From IMG/VR virus record IMGVR_UViG_3300044624_002142, positions 32,001-96,000 of that record: a DNA stretch of 64,000 bases, one strand, 5' to 3'. Position 1 is the first letter of the stretch; the number at the start of each line of letters is the position of its first letter. Source of the stretch: a virus. Both the position numbers and the translations under genes were made by a program. The notes under the pieces were generated by a model. That model searched no databases and was not told where the DNA came from. It saw nothing but the letters and a program-made list of their open reading frames with translations. Positions 41,599-49,581 of the stretch are shown here, one piece after another.

Positions 41599-42429
41599 TT
41601 AATAATTGGTCAGATACTTGACATCTGTATAATAGGTATTTAACTGATCTTGATTCATATCACTCAGTTTTTTATATAAATCGTTGTTAGATTTAAAGTA
41701 TGGGTTTTTGTCGCTGGAATCAGATCCACGACAATGTTCAACATGATATACAAATCCTTTATCAAGATGGGTAACCATAGTATCAAATTTTTTGAATCGT
41801 TCATATCGTTCACGATCTTCTGGACCATATGAGATAAAATGTTCATTCTCCCAACCATACTTTTTATATGTGGAAGTATTAAAGAACTGACAGTGACCGT
41901 ATTCCGAAATACAATCCGAATAATCATGAGAGGTAAGTTCCACAAGTGACCCTTGGTTTAATAACTTTTCTCTACCAGATGTGTTAACTTTCTTTTGAAA
42001 CTTGCCTATTGCAAATGGATAAACTAAATCATGATTTTGTCGGATGATCTTTTTGTACGCTTGTAGATATGATTCTATTGGAAGAATTACATCTGCATCA
42101 TAATTAACTGTTATTGTTGTGTTTGATAACGATAACATTCGGTTTAAGTATCTTGTTCTATGAAACGAGTCATCTGGTACGTTTTGATGAATGTATGTTA
42201 CGTCATCTTTGATTACCGATGGTATAACCGCTTCTTTTGAACATTCATATACGATGATGTTTGTTTCAAAATTACGACGTAAATATTCATATACAATAGT
42301 GAAGTTTTTCTTTCGGTCTTCACTTTCAATACAAACGGGTATGATAAATGTACAATCTTGTAATGGAATTAAACCATCTGTGATTGTTTTCGCTTTTTGT
42401 ATTGTTTGAATTTCTTTCGGAATTTTCAT
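41599..42429 (-). CDS. GT2/GT7-like (galactosyltransferase C-domain) glycosyltransferase
   Basis: 'FIIPV','NYDAD','GWENEHFISYGPEDRER','YHVEH'; start at 42429. Confidence 0.8.
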   Translation of the reverse strand: MKIPKEIQTIQKAKTITDGLIPLQDCTFIIPVCIESEDRKKNFTIVYEYLRRNFETNIIVYECSKEAVIPSVIKDDVTYIHQNVPDDSFHRTRYLNRMLSLSNTTITVNYDADVILPIESYLQAYKKIIRQNHDLVYPFAIGKFQKKVNTSGREKLLNQGSLVELTSHDYSDCISEYGHCQFFNTSTYKKYGWENEHFISYGPEDRERYERFKKFDTMVTHLDKGFVYHVEHCRGSDSSDKNPYFKSNNDLYKKLSDMNQDQLNTYYTDVKYLTNY

Positions 42430-43241
42430 ATTACAATCCAACCGGGAACATATAAATCTTTTGTGTTTAACGGAACATTTGGACCAAACCATCGTGATGG
42501 AGCAATAACTTTTTTATTTGTATTTACATTTAACCACGCACCCCACCAACTAAATGTACTGTTAGCAATAATGTTATGATTACATAGTGTCATAAGACAC
42601 ATATCAACAAACTGATTGTGAGATTCTGATATAAAAAAGTTATCACTTCCTACAAATGTAGACTTTGCCCATTCAATATCATCAGATACAACAATGAAAT
42701 TGTACGACTTATCCGTGAAATGACTTAATGCATTTGTATAATAGTTTAAATCACATGTGCCGTGATGTTTATATTTTAAATAATCACCTCGACGAACATG
42801 GATTGCAACCGTTTCATATTCTTGTTTATCTTTGAGATATGAATTTGCAGTATTAATGATTTCTGGTCTAAACGTGAATTCTGAACGTACCGATGATTCA
42901 ATGTGTTTAAAATACTTTTCCGTTTGAAAGTATCCATTTAAATGTACATTATCTCCCGTGTTAAAAAATTGGGGAATAAAATGATAGTTAGAATATTCTT
43001 CATTGATAATATTGTACTTTTCATCACAATGTAAGGCCGACAATTGAAATGGCTTTGTTAAAACCAATGTATTTTTATTGATTTCTTCGTCGTCTGTAAA
43101 ATCATTCCATGAAATTTTATTACCATTATAGTAATTAATTCCATATAAACAGTTTTGTTTAGTTGCAATACCCATTAATGATGCGTATTGAAACATTTGA
43201 TTACCAAACCGCCCATTCGTTCCAATAGTTATTGTGATCAT
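42426..43241 (-). CDS. GT11 alpha-1,2-fucosyltransferase-like
   Basis: 'GRFGNQMFQYA','GYFQTEKYF','HVRRGDY','SDDIEW','ANSTFSWWGAWL'. Confidence 0.92.
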   Translation of the reverse strand: MITITIGTNGRFGNQMFQYASLMGIATKQNCLYGINYYNGNKISWNDFTDDEEINKNTLVLTKPFQLSALHCDEKYNIINEEYSNYHFIPQFFNTGDNVHLNGYFQTEKYFKHIESSVRSEFTFRPEIINTANSYLKDKQEYETVAIHVRRGDYLKYKHHGTCDLNYYTNALSHFTDKSYNFIVVSDDIEWAKSTFVGSDNFFISESHNQFVDMCLMTLCNHNIIANSTFSWWGAWLNVNTNKKVIAPSRWFGPNVPLNTKDLYVPGWIVI

Positions 43242-43891
43242 GTTGCTCTGTAATTGTCTTCTGTTGAGAATTCACTGATATATCGTTTATTATCTTCTCT
43301 CTGTTTTTTAATTGTTTTATTATGAAACAATGACAACTCTTCCATAGCCGGAATACGAGTAAATTCTTTAAATCCTACAATTGTTTCATGTAATTTACGA
43401 TCCCACTTAATATTAGGTAAGTTTTTGTAAATACGTGATTGATAGTCTGGCCAATTAATACGACCTTTGTCATCAACTCGCCATCCGTAATTTCTAACAT
43501 CTTCTTGAGTAACTCCATAAAATGCATTAACTCTAGGAACCCAAAACATTTCACATGATGGATTTGATTTTAATAATGTGTATAAGTTTACCAACAATAT
43601 TTCATTAGGAAGTTCATCTGCATCTATTTGAAATACATATTCACCATCACATTGTCGTGTTCCATAAGTTTTGTGTGCACCATAATCTTTATTGAGATGG
43701 TGTGCAACCAATTTAACACCAACTACTGATTGATATTCATGTAATACTTCTAAAGTAATTGGATCGGTAGAATAATCATCTAATACTACAATTTGATTTC
43801 CGTCTGAGTACTTTAATAATAGAGATAAAAGGGTGCGCAATTGTGCACCCTCATTATGACATGTAACTAAATAAGATATAAATGGTATCAT
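43238..43891 (-). CDS. GT2 glycosyltransferase
   Basis: 'VTCHNE','LDDYSTD','FQIDADE','WPDYQSR','LHE'. Confidence 0.85.
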   Translation of the reverse strand: MIPFISYLVTCHNEGAQLRTLLSLLLKYSDGNQIVVLDDYSTDPITLEVLHEYQSVVGVKLVAHHLNKDYGAHKTYGTRQCDGEYVFQIDADELPNEILLVNLYTLLKSNPSCEMFWVPRVNAFYGVTQEDVRNYGWRVDDKGRINWPDYQSRIYKNLPNIKWDRKLHETIVGFKEFTRIPAMEELSLFHNKTIKKQREDNKRYISEFSTEDNYRAT

Positions 43892-45207
43892 ACCGATATC
43901 TTAGAAACTGGTGGAAGTGATGGAAGTTTTAATTGTGGAATCACAATTTTTTGTTCAATTGCAAATTGAGGAACGTATTTGTCAAGAATTCCATGTAGTA
44001 CTTTATCCATAGATTGTGTAGAAAAAGATTCAGCATTTCGTTTAGCAAGTTCCAATGCGTTTGTTTTCGTTTTGTGATTCAGACTAAAATAAATCTGTTT
44101 CATACGTTCTTCTGCCAAACTATATGATACTGTAAACCATGCTGATTCTTTGATTAACCATTGATTTACAGATGCCGGATTGATTGTATCAACTTTACCC
44201 GGCAATAAACATTCTTTATTGGAATTCAAGAAATCCAAATGTCCACTCCAATCAGATGCAAGAATTGGTTTACCACTGAGCGAGGCTAACAACAGAGGAT
44301 GCCCAAATCCTTCACCGTGTGTAAAATTTATATGACACTTCACTTTTTCATGATTGAAAAGTGCATTCATTTCAGTGTCAGTAAGTTCTCCATGAATCAA
44401 ATATATGTTAGGCTTATCACCCTTAATTTGTGATTCAATTGATTTGATTTTATTTAATATTTCATCTTTATCTATCTTGGAATAATTAACACCACTTGTT
44501 TTTAAGATCAAACATGGTTTTTGAATACGATCTTTAAATACGTTAATAAAGGTTTTAATCAAGTTGCCAATATCTTTGCGGTCATGATATGGATTCGAAT
44601 GTGTCCATTGACCAACAAACAAAAATGCAAATGACTCTGGAATTGTTGACATAATTTGTTCAACCGATTGAACTTTTTCATTCGTAATTTTATATAGATC
44701 AGTATTGGCTCCCCAGAAACACACTTCCATGGGTTTTATGTTACGTAGTTGTTCTTTACGTCCACTTCCGTCTTTATATTCCTTAGTATAGTCTGCATCA
44801 TCAAATACCTTCTTGGAATGACGAGATGTAACAATGTTCATGTCCATTTTGTTTAGACCTTCAATCCATTCTCCTGCAGCTGCCGTGGTTTCAATTCCAG
44901 CCGTCATTCCAATATTGTACTTGCCAATAGGTTTAAACTCATTTGGAATTGATATTTGAATAAACAGATCTGGTTGACGGTTAATAGGTTCTTTCAACAT
45001 CTTATCAAATAACGCAAGGTTGAGTGGATCGTTATAATCCAAATCATCTTGAAAACGTTTCACGGGATTTGCACCCCACTTGGTGTTTGCAATTCTTAAA
45101 TCGTACTTATCGTAACGTAGAATACTTTTAGCAACATCTTTTGCCCAGTCACCGTAGCCACTTCGACTAAAGACTGGTCCTTGTATAACACATAACGGTT
45201 TACTCAT
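43888..45207 (-). CDS. GT4-like glycosyltransferase
   Basis: 'SRSGYG','TAGIET','DRKDIG','GEGFGHPLL','WSGHLDF'. Confidence 0.85.
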   Translation of the reverse strand: MSKPLCVIQGPVFSRSGYGDWAKDVAKSILRYDKYDLRIANTKWGANPVKRFQDDLDYNDPLNLALFDKMLKEPINRQPDLFIQISIPNEFKPIGKYNIGMTAGIETTAAAGEWIEGLNKMDMNIVTSRHSKKVFDDADYTKEYKDGSGRKEQLRNIKPMEVCFWGANTDLYKITNEKVQSVEQIMSTIPESFAFLFVGQWTHSNPYHDRKDIGNLIKTFINVFKDRIQKPCLILKTSGVNYSKIDKDEILNKIKSIESQIKGDKPNIYLIHGELTDTEMNALFNHEKVKCHINFTHGEGFGHPLLLASLSGKPILASDWSGHLDFLNSNKECLLPGKVDTINPASVNQWLIKESAWFTVSYSLAEERMKQIYFSLNHKTKTNALELAKRNAESFSTQSMDKVLHGILDKYVPQFAIEQKIVIPQLKLPSLPPVSKISV

Positions 45208-45208
45208 A

Positions 45209-45784
45209 TTAATTTCCAAAAAGTTTGTTGTCTCTTTCTTTAATCACTTCACTATATTTTTTAATGTTAGTATCAAAATTTGCTTCTTTTATTTTAAGCA
45301 AATCTTCAATAGTTTTTCCTGATGTAGTTGGTGTTGTAGTTGACTTGTTTATGTCAGTACTTCCAAATCCACCAACACCACGTTGAGTCGAATTCAAATC
45401 ATCAACCTCGATAAAACCTCCTACTGCGGTGCCACATCCTTCTATAATAATTTGAGCAATAGCGGTTTCTTTATCATCCTTAATAATTGGTAATTTAACG
45501 GGTTTATCACCTAGATTGATAAGGGCAACTAGTATTTCTCCACGATAGTCACTATCAATAACTCCTGCGAGAACATCGATACCGTACTTTACAGCAAGTC
45601 CGCTACGAGGTGCAACTCGACCATAAAAACCTTCTGGAATAGCTAATGCAATATCGGTCTTAAAAGCCTTACGTTCACCCGGCTTTAGTTCGTATGATTC
45701 TGTAGTATACAAATCATAACCAGCAGCACCAACGCTTCCTTTGTTAGGAATAACCGCTTTATCAGATAGTTTTTTTATATTCAT
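45209..45784 (-). CDS. dut: Trimeric dUTPase
   Basis: 'AGYDL','RSGLA','AGVIDSDYRGEI','AQ','RGVGGFGST'. Confidence 0.96.
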   Translation of the reverse strand: MNIKKLSDKAVIPNKGSVGAAGYDLYTTESYELKPGERKAFKTDIALAIPEGFYGRVAPRSGLAVKYGIDVLAGVIDSDYRGEILVALINLGDKPVKLPIIKDDKETAIAQIIIEGCGTAVGGFIEVDDLNSTQRGVGGFGSTDINKSTTTPTTSGKTIEDLLKIKEANFDTNIKKYSEVIKERDNKLFGN

Positions 45785-46752
45785 TCTATTTCCTTTTTTA
45801 CTTTTTCAATATCTATTTTTCCAAAATTAACTCCCATACAATTATCAGGTTGTGAGTGTCCAACGTGTTCTTTAGTGGTATGAATACTAAATGGATTACA
45901 TGGAATAAAGTTTTGTAATGTATAGTCCATTGCTTTAATCAATTCATTACACATATGTTTTGAATTTAATCCACCTTCGTTCAAAGCCCATTTACGACCT
46001 TCTTCACCACGTCGTATACGTTCTTCATTTGGGATTAGATACCAATACATCATTGCTTCAGCGATATCACGACAATCTACCATGTCGTCAAAAATATATG
46101 GAGTTTGATTACTTCCATGAGTATCCAATACCTTTGGCCAAATTGGCTTTGCCCAAACACCATGCTTCTTATACTTTCCAATGTTATTGGTAGCAAATTC
46201 CTTAGTAAATTCTACTGGGTTTCCATCATCATCCATTTGACCGATTTGATCTTGAAGTCCACCTGTTACATTAACAATTACAGGTGTTCCCGCCATAATT
46301 GATTCTGCAATACTCAGACCAAATCCCTCATTACTTGAAACATTAATTGTAACATCTGCCATATTGTACATTAAGTTCATGTCATTTGAACTAATTTTTT
46401 GGTTTGAAAAATAAACATCATAATCGTAACAAAGTGATTCTTTAACCGCTGGAAGATCTGTACCATGTCCAGCTTGACCAATAACTTCTGTATGAAGAAC
46501 CAAACAAACTTTTTTAGACTCTTCTTTTGGAAGACTATCGCAGAATATACGATATGCCAAAATTACATTTGATACTTGTTTGCGTTTGACATTACGACTA
46601 TTAAAAAATATAATGTAGTTATATTCATTACCCTTAAAGAATTTCTTTACACCTTCTGAAAAGATTTTATCTGTTTTTTCAATGGGTTTGAATACCTGAC
46701 TATTAATTCCATGAGGTACATAATGTAAAAGTGTTTTTCCTTTAACTGACAT
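45781..46752 (-). CDS. GT4 glycosyltransferase, C-terminal half
   Basis: 'YVPHGIN','RNVKRKQ','SSNEGFGLSIAES..GTPVIVNVTGGLQDQ'. Confidence 0.85.
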   Translation of the reverse strand: MSVKGKTLLHYVPHGINSQVFKPIEKTDKIFSEGVKKFFKGNEYNYIIFFNSRNVKRKQVSNVILAYRIFCDSLPKEESKKVCLVLHTEVIGQAGHGTDLPAVKESLCYDYDVYFSNQKISSNDMNLMYNMADVTINVSSNEGFGLSIAESIMAGTPVIVNVTGGLQDQIGQMDDDGNPVEFTKEFATNNIGKYKKHGVWAKPIWPKVLDTHGSNQTPYIFDDMVDCRDIAEAMMYWYLIPNEERIRRGEEGRKWALNEGGLNSKHMCNELIKAMDYTLQNFIPCNPFSIHTTKEHVGHSQPDNCMGVNFGKIDIEKVKKEIE

Positions 46753-46753
46753 A

Positions 46754-47305
46754 TTAAGCGTTCTCCTTTATGATATTACCGTTATTATCTAGATCACCAT
46801 AAATTGTGGTACAATTGTTTGGTCCTAATACCCACTTGTTAATATTGTATGTTTGTTTGCTAATGCTAAATAATGTATCACAACTTTCATAAAATGGTTT
46901 ATTCCACATAGGATATGGTAGATCATCCCAGATGTTTAAATATGTAAGAGGAATCTTCTTTCTAATTTCACGTTCAATCGCATATAACCATGTCCAATAA
47001 CGTGGATCGGTAAAATGCATTATTGCATCGGGATTTTCACGTGCCATAACAGCGTATAGAAAATCTTCATTACCATAACCGGATACTGGATACAAAACAA
47101 GAGATGCATCTTTGACGTTTGTACTTTTTTGTATTTCCTCACTTGCGTTAATTGATTTACCTTGATCCGGGTGATTTACTGCCCCTGCGATTTGTACCCA
47201 ATCATAATGGTGAATAGTTCCCATGATCAATTCACGACTCATAGTAGATACACCACTATGCATACGCATATCATCACTCAATAATAAAATTTTCTTTTTT
47301 GCCAT
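46754..47305 (-). CDS. GT4 glycosyltransferase, N-terminal half
   Basis: 'KILLLSDDMRMHSGV','PDAIMHFTDPR','YLNIWDDLP','ISKQT'. Confidence 0.75.
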   Translation of the reverse strand: MAKKKILLLSDDMRMHSGVSTMSRELIMGTIHHYDWVQIAGAVNHPDQGKSINASEEIQKSTNVKDASLVLYPVSGYGNEDFLYAVMARENPDAIMHFTDPRYWTWLYAIEREIRKKIPLTYLNIWDDLPYPMWNKPFYESCDTLFSISKQTYNINKWVLGPNNCTTIYGDLDNNGNIIKENA

Positions 47306-47319
47306 AACTTTTAATAAAT

Positions 47320-47547
47320 TTAATCGGCTGTACGTTTTATACTTGGTAGTATCGTTTTTTGACTTTCTTGTGATAACGAAGAAATGTTATAGTTATATAC
47401 TGTGTTTCTAAAAGAATCATCTTGAAGATACAAATATAACGAACGATTTACCAACTCTTGAAAATTAAATTTTTGGTTTATATTTAATTCTTTAAATTTA
47501 ATGTAAGCGTCGTTATCAACTTTAACGCTAGTTAGTACTTTTGACAT
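47320..47547 (-). CDS. Ribbon-helix-helix-like DNA-binding protein
   Basis: 'LTSVKVDNDAYIKFK...FQELVNRSLYLY' strand-helix-helix pattern; start at 47547. Confidence 0.55.
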   Translation of the reverse strand: MSKVLTSVKVDNDAYIKFKELNINQKFNFQELVNRSLYLYLQDDSFRNTVYNYNISSLSQESQKTILPSIKRTAD

Positions 47548-47548
47548 A

Positions 47549-47576
47549 GTTTTGTATATACGTATATATACAAAAC
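47549..47576. promoter_or_regulatory. Perfect 12-bp inverted repeat next to the RHH start codon
   Basis: GTTTTGTATATA-cgta-TATATACAAAAC. Confidence 0.6.
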
Positions 47577-47590
47577 AAAAAACTTTATTT

Positions 47591-48508
47591 TTAATTGTCT
47601 TCGTTTTCGTCTTTAGTTTCTTTAGCATCACAATTGGTTTTGTAATGTGTACAATACTTACAATTTTTCTTTGCCTTACCCGGAACCTTTGGATAATAAC
47701 CATCTTCTTTATACGTTCCTTCAGAGGTAAAACATTCGTCGATAAACGATGTAAATGTCACTAATGATTTGGCAACATAATTTTTGGAGTTTGATGGTTC
47801 AAATATTTGAATTCGACTTTGTGGAAAATTTGAATTTTCATACAACTTGCGTTTCAAAATGAAGAACTCAACATCAATTGCATCAAGAGGAACATTAAAC
47901 TGTTTTGAGTAAAATGCCTTATATAACAACAATTGAGAATATTTGCTTTCATCTGCGGTTTGATATTTGTTCCAACCCATTGCACTTGTTTTAAAATCCC
48001 AAATTTTATATTTGCCGGTGGTTTTGTCACGTAGAATCAAATCAACATACGCAATAAACCGAATATTATTCTTGATAGGAACATCCAATGGAAGTTCAAC
48101 CCCAATGAATTCATATTTTCTACTGGGGAAATACTTGATTCGATTTGCGGAGCTACTAAACGTTTTCAAGATATCTTCACCGTCAAATAGAAATTCAGTA
48201 ATATCATCATCTGTAAATGGATCTTTGATAGTATGTTTTTCTTCGGCCAGAATTTGATTAAATTCGTCACGAAACTTTTTAATCAAATCAATTTTATCAG
48301 AGATTTCAGGCCCTTCTGTATAAAGTGATTTGATATACTCTTGAATTGTATTATGAATTGCGGTGCCAAAACAAGTACTTAAACTTGCTTCATATACCCG
48401 TAAACCCTTTAAATAATTCAGATACCAACTGTGTGGACACTTGAACCACCCAGAATATTGTGAAAAGCTTACGGTTTTTTTATTTTTTTCTTCTATAATC
48501 TCAGACAT
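47591..48508 (-). CDS. Cas4/RecB-like PD-(D/E)XK exonuclease with Fe-S cysteines
   Basis: 'SFSQY...KCP','GTAIH','E','VDL','WDFKTS','QLLLY','CKYC....C'. Confidence 0.88.
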   Translation of the reverse strand: MSEIIEEKNKKTVSFSQYSGWFKCPHSWYLNYLKGLRVYEASLSTCFGTAIHNTIQEYIKSLYTEGPEISDKIDLIKKFRDEFNQILAEEKHTIKDPFTDDDITEFLFDGEDILKTFSSSANRIKYFPSRKYEFIGVELPLDVPIKNNIRFIAYVDLILRDKTTGKYKIWDFKTSAMGWNKYQTADESKYSQLLLYKAFYSKQFNVPLDAIDVEFFILKRKLYENSNFPQSRIQIFEPSNSKNYVAKSLVTFTSFIDECFTSEGTYKEDGYYPKVPGKAKKNCKYCTHYKTNCDAKETKDENEDN

Positions 48509-48514
48509 ACTTAT

Positions 48515-48543
48515 ATAGTATCAGACAATCTATTCAAAGTCTA
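48515..48543 (-). promoter_or_regulatory. Putative sigma70-like promoter of the nuclease gene
   Basis: Minus strand TAGACT-17nt-TACTAT with TGn extension. Confidence 0.45.
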
Positions 48544-48557
48544 TATCTTATAACTTT

Positions 48558-49313
48558 ATGAAAAATATAATATTCACGCTCTTGTTTGGCTTTAATGTTT
48601 ATGCTAATGGTGTTTTTTATGTTCAAAAAACAACAGGTGATGTTGTTTTAGAAAATGTGACAAATAATGTACTTTCAACGAATGCGCCGACCATTGGACA
48701 AACCTTTATGGTCAACGGTCAAAACTATGCATTTAAAACATCAACAAATTCGGATGTAACTGTGGCATTTTCAAATGATGTCTTTGTTAAAATTAAAGAA
48801 TCAACTCATATTACCGTTGATAACTTTGATCAAAGTTTCATTAATACAAATTCATTGCCCGAAAAGGCCAAGTATGAAACCTATTCCAAATCGGTATCGT
48901 TAATTGAAGGTGAACTTGATGTTTATTCCAATCAAGAAGGTAATTCTGAATCTATTGATAATATTAATACTAAACTTGCATCAATAATATTGTCAAAAGG
49001 TAAATTTGTAATACAGGCAGATGATCGAACCACGGTTATTATTATTCTTGATGGATCCGCTGTTATTTTAGACAATTATTCCAAACGAAAAGAAAATGTT
49101 AAAGCTGGTCAAACCGTGGTAATTGTTCCTGCTCCAAAGTTTCAAGGTCGTGGTGTTGAAACTATGAGACGTGGCAATATTTTTTCAATTAAAGAAACTG
49201 TAAATGGTGATGCTGAATCATATCTATTAGGTGTAAATTCGGTTGTTGATGCTTCTAAAAATGTTAGATTTTGTATAATAGATAAAACCATCCGTGGTAT
49301 TAAAATTAATTGA
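48558..49313 (+). CDS. Secreted FecR-domain-like protein
   Basis: Signal peptide; 'FKTSTNSDVTVAFSNDVFVKIKESTHITV','LIEGEL','INTKLASI','LDGSA','VKAGQ'. Confidence 0.65.
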   Translation: MKNIIFTLLFGFNVYANGVFYVQKTTGDVVLENVTNNVLSTNAPTIGQTFMVNGQNYAFKTSTNSDVTVAFSNDVFVKIKESTHITVDNFDQSFINTNSLPEKAKYETYSKSVSLIEGELDVYSNQEGNSESIDNINTKLASIILSKGKFVIQADDRTTVIIILDGSAVILDNYSKRKENVKAGQTVVIVPAPKFQGRGVETMRRGNIFSIKETVNGDAESYLLGVNSVVDASKNVRFCIIDKTIRGIKIN

Positions 49314-49338
49314 CATTTCGACCATCTTAGAATAAAGT
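49310..49338 (+). promoter_or_regulatory. sigma70-like promoter of the PolB unit
   Basis: TTGACA-17nt-TAAAGT. Confidence 0.6.
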
Positions 49339-49344
49339 TATAAA

Positions 49345-49578
49345 ATGACATTGGAAGAATTGTACTCACTTAATGATGATGAAACGTCAATGTTGTGGTA
49401 TATCGTAAATAAAATTGATAGACCCGCAATATATGGCATAGAATTAGAACCATCTTTGTTTCCATCAATTAATCGTCATTGGTTGACTGAAAAAATTTTA
49501 AAGGCAAAAGACTCTGTTCAACCAGAACATCTAACAATATATGAGAGTCTAACATCGAAGTTGGGTTATATTAAATAA
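49345..49578 (+). CDS. Hypothetical protein
   Basis: 77-aa ORF between the promoter and PolB. Confidence 0.6.
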   Translation: MTLEELYSLNDDETSMLWYIVNKIDRPAIYGIELEPSLFPSINRHWLTEKILKAKDSVQPEHLTIYESLTSKLGYIK

Positions 49579-49581
49579 GTT

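Noticed and set aside
28628-47305. Bacterial chromosomal O-antigen/capsule locus or chimeric assembly
   Set aside because: Genes overlap or abut phage core genes, share the same composition and start context, and no wzx/wzy/kps export genes are present
47591-48508. CRISPR-Cas system suggested by a Cas4-like nuclease
   Set aside because: No repeat-spacer array or other cas genes seen; solo Cas4-like exonucleases are common in phages
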